Part shown: piece after piece, positions 52,399-62,144 of the stretch
Layout: each line of letters starts with the position of its first letter
Position numbering within the stretch: the first letter of the stretch is position 1
Assembly (NCBI GenBank): GCA_963789395.1
Contig: CAWBKP010000020.1
Location: 1-64,000, forward strand
Reading direction: 5' to 3'
Source: an uncultured delta proteobacterium
Lineage (GTDB): Bacteria; Desulfobacterota; Desulfobacteria; Desulfobacterales; Desulfatirhabdiaceae
DNA: 64,000 nt
The notes under the pieces: generated by a model
The model's input: only the letters and a program-made list of their open reading frames with translations
What the model was told of the DNA's origin: nothing
Databases searched by the model: none
Program-made: the position numbers and the translations under genes

Positions 52399-53577
52399 AT
52401 GAAACCGGTTGAAATTGCAAAAGGAATTTATGACGTCGGCGTGAATGACTGGAATATCCGGGATTTTCACGGGTATTCCACCCATCTTGGCACCAGCTAC
52501 AATGCGTTTTTGATTGTGGACAGCAAGATTGCATTGATTGACGCAGTTAAAAAAGAGTTTTCTGATGAGTTGATTGAGAATATCTCCCGGATTGTTGATC
52601 CCCGGAAGATCGATGTGGTGATCAGCAATCATGCGGAGATGGATCATTCCGGAGGGCTTGCCCGGATCATGCACCGGGTCGGCGAGGAAAAACCTTTATT
52701 CTGTTCGAAAATGGGACAGAAAAACCTGTCTTTGCATTTTCCGCAGCGCTTTAATTATCATGCTGTTGAAAACGGAGAAACCTTAAGTCTGGGCAGCCTT
52801 ACGTTGACTTTTATGGAAACCCGGATGCTTCACTGGCCGGACAGTATGTTTACCTATTTAAATGAAGAAAAAATATTGTTTTCCAGCGATGCATTCGGAC
52901 AGCATTACGCGGGTTTCGAAAAATTTGACGATTGCATGGTTCAAGACATCATGATCCATGCCAGGAAATATTTTGCAAATATTCTGTTGCCGTATTCGCC
53001 GCTGATTCTAAAACTCGTGGAACAGGTTACGGCCATGGGGCTGGACATCCGCATGATCTGCCCGGATCACGGGATTATCTGGCGAAAAGATCCGGGAAAG
53101 ATTATTGACGCCTATGTCCGGTGGAGCCGTCAGGATACGGTTCGAAAAGCTGTCATCGTCTATGACACCATGTGGCACAGTACCGAGAAAATGGCGCATG
53201 CCATTGCTGCCGGCCTCAGCGAACAGGGCGTTGCCGTTCAACCCATGCATTTACGAAAATGGGATCGCAGCGATATCATGACCGAAGTGCTGGATGCCAG
53301 GGCTGTCGTGGTGGGATCGCCTACCTTGAACAACGGTTTGTTTCCGTCTCTGGGAGATTTTCTGACCTATATGAAGGGACTTAAACCCAAAAACAAGATC
53401 GGGGCCGCCTTCGGCTCTTACGGCTGGAGCGGCGAAGCGGTCAAGCTCCTGACGCAGGAGCTTGAAGCCATGAAGTTTGAGATGATCGATCCGGGAATGA
53501 AGGTTCAGTACGTTCCGGATGAAAAGGCCCTTGCCGCCTGCTTTGAACTGGGTAAAAAAATCGGCCAGGCCATGTAA
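52399..53577 (+). CDS. fprA: Flavodiiron protein (FprA / rubredoxin:oxygen oxidoreductase)
   Basis: HAEMDHSG, LHWPDSM, SSDAFGQH and CPDHG; flavodoxin domain YDTMWHSTE...FGSYGWSGEA. Confidence 0.93.
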   Translation: MKPVEIAKGIYDVGVNDWNIRDFHGYSTHLGTSYNAFLIVDSKIALIDAVKKEFSDELIENISRIVDPRKIDVVISNHAEMDHSGGLARIMHRVGEEKPLFCSKMGQKNLSLHFPQRFNYHAVENGETLSLGSLTLTFMETRMLHWPDSMFTYLNEEKILFSSDAFGQHYAGFEKFDDCMVQDIMIHARKYFANILLPYSPLILKLVEQVTAMGLDIRMICPDHGIIWRKDPGKIIDAYVRWSRQDTVRKAVIVYDTMWHSTEKMAHAIAAGLSEQGVAVQPMHLRKWDRSDIMTEVLDARAVVVGSPTLNNGLFPSLGDFLTYMKGLKPKNKIGAAFGSYGWSGEAVKLLTQELEAMKFEMIDPGMKVQYVPDEKALAACFELGKKIGQAM

Positions 53578-53620
53578 GAATTGCAATTTCGCACTTCTTC
53601 ATTCTTTACCCTGCTTGCAT

Positions 53621-53648
53621 CTAAGGGCAGCCCTCCGGCTGCCCTTAG
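53621..53648 (+). terminator. Hairpin after fprA, probable terminator
   Basis: CTAAGGGCAGCC-CTCC-GGCTGCCCTTAG; weak U-tract. Confidence 0.55.
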
Positions 53649-53796
53649 TCATTTCAGGCCTTTCGTCTTTCTGAGAATCCATTGTGATTTTTCTTTGAAA
53701 ATGGTAAATTGATCCATACGATTCAGCACCCGGGGAAGTCAGAAGGCCTGCAACCTGAATCATACGGGCCATTTTATAACCGGACAGAGGGATGGC

Positions 53797-55176
53797 ATGG
53801 AAACGATTCTGATCGTTGACGATGAAAAAAATTACCCGCTCATTTTAAGCGCGGTGCTTCAGGATGTCGGCTATGAGACCTTGACCGCCAACAGCGGTAT
53901 GGAAGCGCTGGAGATTTTGAATCACGCGAATGCGGACGTGGATCTTGTCCTGACCGACATGAAAATGCCCGTGATGGACGGTATCGAGTTGCTGGAAAAG
54001 ATTAAGGCCATCAATCCGCATGTGCCGGTCATGATGATGACAGCCTACGGAACGGTTGAAAAGGCCGTGGAGGCCATGCAAAAAGGAGCATACAATTATA
54101 TCCTGAAGCCTTTTGACAATGAAGGCCTGATAATATTCGTAAAAAAAGCCATTGATATGTATCAGGTCGTCAAGGAAAACCTCAGGCTGCGGGATGTGGT
54201 GGAAACCCGGTACAATTTCGGCAACATCGTCGGCAAGAGCAAGCGCATGCAGGAGGTGTTCGAGCTGGTTAAAAAAATGGCGCCTTCTTCCGCAACAGTG
54301 TTGATTGAAGGCGAAAGCGGCACGGGAAAGGAACTGGTGGCCAAATCCATTCATTTTAACAGTCCCCGCAAAGACAAACCCTTTATTGCCGTCAATTGCT
54401 CGGCCCTTTCTGAAAATCTTCTGGAAAGTGAACTCTTCGGACATGAAAAAGGTGCTTTTACCGGCGCTATTGCCATGAAAAAAGGGCGCTTTGAACTGGC
54501 TGACGGCGGCACCCTTTTTCTGGATGAAATCGGGGAGCTGTCTCAGAATCTTCAGGTAAAACTGCTGCGCGTTTTGCAGGAAAGAGCATTTGAACGTGTT
54601 GGTGGGATAAGGCCGGTTCCCGTCAATATACGGATCATTGCGGCAACCAACAAGAATCTGAAAGATGAAACCGAACAGGGGCGTTTCCGGGAAGATCTGT
54701 ATTACCGGCTCAATGTCCTGTATCTGGTGCTGCCGCCGCTAAGAGAGCGTGTTGAGGATATCCGCCTGCTGGTGGATCACATGATTGAAAAATACGCATC
54801 AGAGCGCAGGCCGGGCCAGCAGGTGACCGGTGTGGATCAGGAAGTGGATCGTCTGCTGTACGCATACAGCTGGCCGGGAAATGTACGGGAACTTGAAAAT
54901 GCCATTGAAAGGGCCATGGTTCTCTGCCCCGGAAATATTATCCGGGTTTCCGACCTGCCCAAAGAATTCAAAAAAAATATCAGCCATTCGCTTCATCTGG
55001 AGGGAATTTCCGACAACGCCAAGCTGTATGAAACCCTCGATATGGTGGAAAAGGCAATGATTGAACGGGCGCTGGCCCTTTCTGCCAACGTGCAGTCCCA
55101 TGCCGCCGAACTTCTGGGAATCGGAAAAAGCGGCCTGAATCAGAAGATAAAAAAATATGGGATCAAGGTGGACTGA
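53797..55176 (+). CDS. Sigma-54-dependent response regulator (NtrC family)
   Basis: Receiver domain; [41 protein letters not shown]; Fis-type HTH. Confidence 0.95.
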   Translation: METILIVDDEKNYPLILSAVLQDVGYETLTANSGMEALEILNHANADVDLVLTDMKMPVMDGIELLEKIKAINPHVPVMMMTAYGTVEKAVEAMQKGAYNYILKPFDNEGLIIFVKKAIDMYQVVKENLRLRDVVETRYNFGNIVGKSKRMQEVFELVKKMAPSSATVLIEGESGTGKELVAKSIHFNSPRKDKPFIAVNCSALSENLLESELFGHEKGAFTGAIAMKKGRFELADGGTLFLDEIGELSQNLQVKLLRVLQERAFERVGGIRPVPVNIRIIAATNKNLKDETEQGRFREDLYYRLNVLYLVLPPLRERVEDIRLLVDHMIEKYASERRPGQQVTGVDQEVDRLLYAYSWPGNVRELENAIERAMVLCPGNIIRVSDLPKEFKKNISHSLHLEGISDNAKLYETLDMVEKAMIERALALSANVQSHAAELLGIGKSGLNQKIKKYGIKVD

Positions 55177-55210
55177 TAATAAAAGTGACTGAACGGAAAG
55201 ACCAATCAGG

Positions 55211-55272
55211 TAAAATCCGAATATCAAAATCCGAAATTCGAAACAAATTCAAAATTCAAATGTCAAAATAAC
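55211..55272. repeat. Heptamer-repeat arm, same family as 1588-1708
   Basis: TAAAATCCGAATATCAAAATCCGAAATTCGAAACAAATTCAAAATTCAAATGTCAAAATAAC. Confidence 0.7.
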
Positions 55273-55284
55273 GCAAGCGATCAG

Positions 55285-55427
55285 GTAACTACTCAGGTAT
55301 TCAGGAGTCAGCATTCAGGAGCCAGAATGAGGGACCCCAACCCGCTTGATTGACGAAGTCGGTAAATTGCTCAAAGCTTACATGCGGGCCATGCTGAATC
55401 CTGACTCCTGTATACCAGAGTTGTTAT
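55285..55427 (+). mobile_element. Shorter, inverted copy of the 21460-21709 element
   Basis: GTAACTACTCAGGTATTCAGGAGTCAG...ATGAGGGACCCC joined directly to TRLIDEVGKLLKAYMRAML...; ends ATACCAGAGTTGTTAT. Confidence 0.75.
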
Positions 55428-55471
55428 GTTGAAAACAGAATCCCCGTTCAGCCAAGAATCTTCGTAATAAT

Positions 55472-56821
55472 CTATACCACCCCCTGATCCATCATGGCAT
55501 TGACCACCTTGACAAATCCCGCGATGTTGGCGCCCACCAGGTAATTGCCCGGCTCCCCGTATTCGGCGGCGGCATCGAGGCAGGTTTTGTGGATGCTTTT
55601 CATGATTCCTTTCAACCGGTTGTCCACTTCTTCTCTCGGCCAGCCGAGTCTCATGCTGTTCTGCGACATTTCCAGGCCGGATACGGCCACGCCGCCGGCA
55701 TTGGAAGCTTTTCCCGGGGCATAGAGAATTTTCCTGTCAATGAAAATGTTGATGGCTTCCGGCGTACTGGGCATGTTGGCGCCTTCGCTGACCAGTAAAA
55801 TGCCCTGGTTGATCAGGTTGCCGGCGTCCTTATCATTGATTTCATTCTGGGTGGCGCTCGGGAATGCACAGTTTGCCGGGTGATTCCACATGGGATTGTG
55901 ATCCAGGGCCGGGTCTGCTTCAAAGTAAACGGCCCCGGGATATTTGTCCACGTATTCCCGAATGCGGCCCCTGCGCACGTTTTTCAGCCGCTTGACAAAG
56001 TCCAGCTTTCCGGCGTCAATGCCTTCTTTATCATAAATGTAACCGGAGGAATCGGAAAGCGTCACCACCTTTGCGCCCAGTTCGATCAGTTTTTCGACAG
56101 TGAACTGCGCCACATTTCCGGAACCGGAAACCAGGCAGGTCTTTTCCTTGAGCGAATCCCCCCGTGCAGCCAGCATTTCCAAGGCAAAATAAACATTTCC
56201 AAAGCCGGTGGCTTCGGGCCGGATGAGGCTGCCGCCCCAGCCCAGGCTTTTTCCGGTGAGAACGCCGGTGAATTCATTGCGCAGTCTCTTGTACATGCCG
56301 AAAAGATATCCGATCTCACGCGCGCCGACCCCGATGTCGCCTGCCGGAACATCGGTATCGGGTCCGACATGGCGGAACAGCTCCATCATGAAGCTCTGGC
56401 AGAACCGCATGATTTCCTGATCGGACCTGCCTTTGGGGTTAAAATCAGACCCGCCTTTTCCGCCGCCCATGGGAAGGGTCGTCAACGCATTTTTAAACAC
56501 CTGCTCAAAAGCCAGAAATTTCAAAATACTGAGATTGACGGACGGATGAAACCGCAGACCGCCCTTGTAGGGACCGATCACACTGCTCATCTGAATGCGA
56601 TATCCCCGATTGACATGAACCTGGCCCTGATCGTCCACCCAGGGTACGCGGAACTGAATGACCCGTTCCGGCTCCATCAGTCTTTCCAGAATCGCGGACT
56701 GCCGGTAATCCGGATATCTTTCCAGAACGGGCTGCACTGTTTCAAAGACTTCTGTAACAGCCTGATGGAATTCTTTTTCGTAGGGATCCCTGTTTTTCAT
56801 ATATTGAATGATATCTGTCAT
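55472..56821 (-). CDS. gdhA: NADP-specific glutamate dehydrogenase
   Basis: EFHQAV.EV, GPYKGGLRFHPSVN, GGGKGGSDF, DVPAGDIGVG, RPEATG and SGSGNVAQ; ATG at 56821 after AAGGAG. Confidence 0.95.
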   Translation of the reverse strand: MTDIIQYMKNRDPYEKEFHQAVTEVFETVQPVLERYPDYRQSAILERLMEPERVIQFRVPWVDDQGQVHVNRGYRIQMSSVIGPYKGGLRFHPSVNLSILKFLAFEQVFKNALTTLPMGGGKGGSDFNPKGRSDQEIMRFCQSFMMELFRHVGPDTDVPAGDIGVGAREIGYLFGMYKRLRNEFTGVLTGKSLGWGGSLIRPEATGFGNVYFALEMLAARGDSLKEKTCLVSGSGNVAQFTVEKLIELGAKVVTLSDSSGYIYDKEGIDAGKLDFVKRLKNVRRGRIREYVDKYPGAVYFEADPALDHNPMWNHPANCAFPSATQNEINDKDAGNLINQGILLVSEGANMPSTPEAINIFIDRKILYAPGKASNAGGVAVSGLEMSQNSMRLGWPREEVDNRLKGIMKSIHKTCLDAAAEYGEPGNYLVGANIAGFVKVVNAMMDQGVV

Positions 56822-56919
56822 CGTAATTCTCCTTTTCGTTTGATAAGTGGAAAACGGGTTGAAGTCTGAAGATTCGATACAAGGATCAAAAAAGATTCTG
56901 CCGCCATTGATTTCAGACC

Positions 56920-59896
56920 TCAGGCTGGAATGCCTGTGAAAATCACACCGATGGATTTCTTCCCCTGAATTTTGACGGTTATCGGATGATCGCGCCGAAC
57001 ATGCCGGATATGTGTGGTTTCCTGTACAAATGGAAAGTCTTCCACCTGTTTCCAGTTCAGGGTATCGTCCGAATCTTCCTCGACCGTGATATAGGGAATG
57101 CCAAGCGACGTAATATTCTGAAAAAAATGGGAGCCCTGGGAAGGATCGGCATGAATCTGGCTGTTCTTCAGCTCGATGATTGCGCCTACATTCGAGATAT
57201 TTCGCCACTTAACCGGAATGCCCAGCCATCTGTCCGCAGATCCCCATCTTCCCGGGCCGATCAGCAGATAAGGCCGGCTTTCCCGGCTCAGCACGGCATT
57301 GATCCTGCCGATCTCATCCGCCATCTGCTCGGTGGCATTGATTTGAAATTCTCCCGGCTTTACATAGACAATGTCTGAAATGTGGTCGAACTTGCCATTG
57401 CCCAGCGCATGCCTTGAAAAACACAGGCACTGGTGAAGATCATCGTCCGTAATGGCCACATCCTGCTGGTCGATTTCCGCGGCCATGGGCCGCATCTGAA
57501 GGAAATAGAATTCGTTTTTCCGCTGTTCCTGGGTCCCCAGATTGACGGCAAACTCGATTTCCACCGGACAGCCCATGCCTTTCCTGCCCAGATCCAGCAG
57601 GTCGCAAAGCAATTGCGGAAGGGGGAATATGTCGTGTTTAAGTATGGCAGCAAATGTGGGAATTTTTGAACCCGGCAAATGGCCGCTGTCCCGAATCCGG
57701 TGTTCTTCCGGGACATAGGTGCTGGAGAGCATTCTTACAGGATACTCGGTTTGCGCCTCGTCTATTTCCCGTTTTTCAAGATTGGAGAATTGTTCGAAAT
57801 TCAGGATATCCGGGTAACCGCGGATCTTGAGCGCATAAAAATACCGCTGACAATTGCTCAGAATGTCTTCCACAGCAGTGAACTGAGGCAGTAACTGGGG
57901 ATATCTGGGGGAGAATCTGACGGATTTTTCGCCTTCAACCACGGTTTTTCCCATGCCGATGGCGATATGGGCGATGCCGTCTTCGGATTTCATGGTGGAG
58001 ACCGGATAAAAATTATGGGACTGGACCACGCCGGACAGGGCGGGGTAGAAATAGTCGCCATAGGTTTCTCCGATCAGTTGCTGAATGATCACAGCCATGG
58101 ATTCTTCCTGGGGCTGGCTGACCGAATTGCGGGTAAAGGACCTGGGGTCTTCATAATACGTTGAGGCATATACCAGTTTAACAGCATGGATCAATTGTCT
58201 GAGCCGGATGGCAATATCCGGGTGATTGTTGGGAATCATGTAGGTTTTATACAGCCCGGCATAGGGTTGAAACTGCGCATCTTCCAGAAGGCTCGATGAC
58301 CGGATGGACAGCGGATACTGAACCTGAGCCAGAAACGTCTCCAGATCGGATACCAGCCAGTCCGGCAATTCCGCTTTCAAAAAACAATCCTCGATTTCCA
58401 GGTCTGAAAAATCGGTTTTTGTACAATACTGCAATTGGTTATACGCGATGAACGATTCAAATCCCTGGGTGGTGATGACCAGGGTTTTGGGGATTTGTAC
58501 GGAAAGCTGTGGATAGGAAGTCTGCAATGCGGGATTCTGATGCAACAAGGCCGACATGAAGGCAAGCCCTCTGGCCTTTCCTCCCAGGGACCCGTCTCCG
58601 ATTTTGACGAAATCCATGATGTCGGCATCGAAATTCTGGGCTCTGAATTGGGCTACCACCCCTTTTTGCTGTAGTTTTCTGACCGTGTGCAGGCCGGTGA
58701 CGATATATCGGCGCAGGTCTGCCGTATTCTGGAATGCGCTGGCCTGCACCTCGCGGAAAGTGGAAGCCAGGGCAAATTCCGAGCGGGCCATCAGCCAGTT
58801 GGAAAAATGATTCCGGGCGGCATGATACAGCAGCGATTCATCCGGAATCCGGGTTATCTTCAGCTCTAGTGTTCTCAGGCTCGTATGCTCTGTCGATTTC
58901 CGTTCTGTCCGGCATCCGAAAGACAAAATCGCCGAAGCCCAGGTGGTTCAGAAAAAAATCCTGAAGTTCAACCAGCAGATTGGGTGAATTTTTGTCCAGA
59001 AATATGGCCGGGATACGATCCGCTTTTATCCGGTTGTGGGAATCCGAACTGAGCAGCAGAATCGGGAGATCCGGGATTTCCTGTTTCATGAAGGTCAGAA
59101 TATCCACGCCTGCCTGGTCATCCAGTTTGCCGTTTCTGGGAATCCGGGTATCGGATATGACGCCGATCAGATAGGCGCGATATTTCAGGCAAAGATCCAT
59201 GGCTTCTTCATAGGTTTCGGCCAGCATGATTTTCGGCCTGGATCGCATGCGCAACAGCCGGTGTTCCTCGTTGAGGCCAACTCCCAATACCGCCTGGGTC
59301 TGTTTGACGATTTCCTTGTAGATCAGCGGCAGAAACGATGAATAATACTGAGGGGAGTCCTCCACCAGAATCAGCACGCGAACCATTGCCCGCTGGGTAT
59401 CCCTGTCAACATTCAGCCGGTCTTCTGCGTTTTTGACCAGTGCAAGCAATAGATCCGCGTTTCCGGACCAGATAAACACTTTGTCAATGCCCATCAATTT
59501 CCGATATTCACCCTGGGGGAAGATGGACCGGAGGTTGTGGCAGAGCAGAATGACCGGCAGATCGGAATGGTTTGCCTTGATTTTCAGGCCCAGGGTCTGA
59601 GCATCCATGTCATCAAGATTCGGCATGGTGATAACCATGTCAAAGTTTTTTTGTTTCAGAAGGCTCAGGGCGTTCCGGCCGGAAGACGTCCGGGTGACCC
59701 GCGGGGGCAGGCTTAAATTCAGGCCGATATACTCGTTGACGATGCGGGACGCCAGACTGCGATCCTCTTCCATGATATAGGCGTCATAGGGACTGGAAAT
59801 CAGAAGAATCTCCCTGACCTTGATGGACATGATCTCATGGAACATCTTGAACTGGGAGTAAAATTCGTTGTGAATTTCGCTGTTTTTCAGGGTCAT
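56920..59896 (-). CDS. PEP/pyruvate-binding (PPDK_N, ATP-grasp) domain protein with N-terminal receiver-like domains; frameshift near 58880
   Basis: EILLISSPYDAYIMEED and ILVEDSP; GDGSLGGKARGLAF; IRSSSLLED.QFQPYAGLY; PVEIEFA; FLQMRPM; PSQGSHFFQNITS. Confidence 0.8.
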
Positions 59897-60092
59897 GGGA
59901 GATTCCGGTGTTTGGTTAGAGAAAAACCGCATGAAGATATTCTAAATCTTTAACGATGTCTTTGCAAAAACATTTTCAGCAAAATGCATGTCTTCAAGGG
60001 CGCTGATTAGTAAAAATAATGTATTGACACTGTAAATAAGTTAAGCTAATAACAAATTAAAGATGATGTAAGCGCGTAACAGCCGATAATAC

Positions 60093-60170
60093 CACAATGG
60101 CGTGAGAGATTACGGCTTGAAAGGACAAAGGCGTCCGCCCCGATATAAGGGATGGGTGCCTTTTTTTATT
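60093..60170 (+). promoter_or_regulatory. ANTAR-type dual-hairpin antitermination element overlapping an intrinsic terminator
   Basis: CAC-AATGGC-GTG and GGAC-AAAGGC-GTCC hexaloops (A1, G4); the second overlaps the 5' arm of AAAGGCGTCC...GGGTGCCTTTTTTT. Confidence 0.75.
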
Positions 60171-60273
60171 TTGAAACCTGTCAATTATTTTAATGGTCCC
60201 AAATACCGTTGCCGATCGATGATTATTATGCAAATCTAATTGCAGAATAATATTTATATGTTAATGACCGAAA

Positions 60274-60311
60274 TACAACGGCGTAGCTTCGGCATTGGAC
60301 AATGGCGTCCA
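60274..60311 (+). promoter_or_regulatory. Second ANTAR-type dual hairpin
   Basis: TAC-AACGGC-GTA and TGGAC-AATGGC-GTCCA. Confidence 0.68.
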
Positions 60312-60375
60312 CTTTCATTTCAGCTGAGGTATGTTCTCCCTCGGCATTAATTTTTTTCAGAAAGGAAAAACAAAC

Positions 60376-61971
60376 ATGAATTTGTCAACGCCTAACGCCA
60401 ATGACGCAACTCTGACTTTTAACCGTTCCAAAAGCGTGGTTCCCATGAGCGGACTCTGTTCGCGATGTATTGATGGCTGCCGCGGCAACTGTGAAGTTTT
60501 CCGGTCCACTTTCCGCGGCCGCGAAGTGATCTATCCGGCGCCTTTCGGTTCAATTACGGCCGGCGCCGACAAAAACTATCCCGGTAGACTATTCGCATCT
60601 GAACATTCAGGGCTATGCCCTTGGCGCAACGGGACTTCCGGCCGGCGTTGCGGTCAGCCCCGATACCGCCATCTTTCCCTGCGGTCAACACCGAAACCGA
60701 ATACGGCTGGGATATCAAAGTCAAGATGAAGGCGCCGATTTTTACCGGCGCACTTGGATCCACGGAAATCGCCCGCAAGAACTGGGAGCATTTTGCTGTG
60801 GGTGCCGCCATCAGCGGCGTGACGCTTGTCTGCGGCGAAAACGTGTGCGGCATCGATCCCCAGCTCGAATTGAACGCACAGGGTAAAATTGCCAAATCTC
60901 CGGATATGGATCGGCGCATTGAAGTTTACAAGCGCTTTCATCAGGGTTACGGTGAAATACTGGTCCAGATGAACGTGGAAGATACCCGCCTGGGCGTTGC
61001 GGAATACGTCGTGGAAAAGCATGGCCTGCAGACCATCGAACTCAAATGGGGACAGGGCGCCAAATGCATCGGCGGCGAAATCAAGGTCAGAAGAATTGAT
61101 CGGGCGCTTGAACTGCAGAAAAGAGGCTATCTGGTAACGCCTGATCCGTCCAGCCCCATTGTTCAGGCAGCCTACAAAGAAGGCGCCATCCGGGAATTCG
61201 AGCGTCACAGCCGCCTGGGTTTTGTCAGCGAGGAAGGATTCATGGCCGAATGTGAACGCCTTCGCAAGCTTGGCTTTAAGAGAATCACGCTCAAGACCGG
61301 CGCATACGGCCTCCGCGAACTGGCCATGGCGATCAAATGGGGCTCCAAGGCCAAGATCGACCTGCTGACCATTGACGGCGCTCCGGGCGGTACCGGCATG
61401 AGCCCGTGGCGTATGATGGAAGAATGGGGAGTTCCGAGCATTTATCTGCATTCAGCAGCTTACGAGTTCTGCAAGAAACTCACCGACAAGGGCGAGAGAG
61501 TTCCGGATCATGGCATTTGCCGGCGGATTTTCCAGTGAGGACGGTGTGTTCAAGGCGCTCTCGATGGGCGCTCCTTTTGTAAAAGCCGTCTGCATGGGCC
61601 GTGCGCTGATGATTCCCGGAATGGTTGGAAAGAACATTGCCGAATGGATCGACAAGAACGATCTGCCCAAGACCGTCAGCCAGCATGGTTCGACCATCGA
61701 AGAAATATTCGTCAACTACGAGGCCATAAAAGACATGGTCGGCGCCAAAGCCATTGAGGAAGTTCCTCTGGGCGCCATCGGCATTTACAGCTACTCGGAC
61801 AAGATCAAGGTCGGTCTGCAGCAGCTTATGGCCGGCGCCCGCTGCTTCACCCCCAGCGCCATCACCCGCAGGGAGCTTATGTCTCTTACCGAAGAATGCA
61901 CCAAAGTCACCGGAATCCCCTATGTCATGGATGCTTACCGGGAAGAGGCGGAAGCCATCCTCAACGGATAA
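60376..61971 (+). CDS. FMN-binding glutamate synthase family protein; frameshifts near 60585, 60670 and 61505
   Basis: N-terminal CSRCIDGCRGNCEV; IELKWGQGAKCIGGE; LKTG; TIDGAPGGTG; AFAGG...KAL.MGA...MGRA. Confidence 0.82.
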
Positions 61972-61992
61972 CCGTTAACGTTTTCAGGACGA

Positions 61993-62035
61993 AATAAAAA
62001 AGCCCCTTTCCGTTTCGGAAAGGGGCTTTTTTATT
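61993..62035. terminator. Bidirectional intrinsic terminator
   Basis: AATAAAAAAGCCCCTTTCCG-TTT-CGGAAAGGGGCTTTTTTATT between convergent genes. Confidence 0.9.
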
Positions 62036-62144
62036 AAAAAACGGGCTTACCTCCGACATTGCAGAGTTGACCCGGCATTCGGTTTGCTCAAAATACGGGA
62101 TTCCGGTGCACCTGCGGCATTTCCAATAAAGCCGCGTGCTGTCT

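Noticed and set aside
56822..57208. 128 aa N-terminal extension of GdhA in the ORF track
   Set aside because: It overlaps the upstream gene; the ATG at 56821 has a good RBS and gives a normal 449 aa enzyme.
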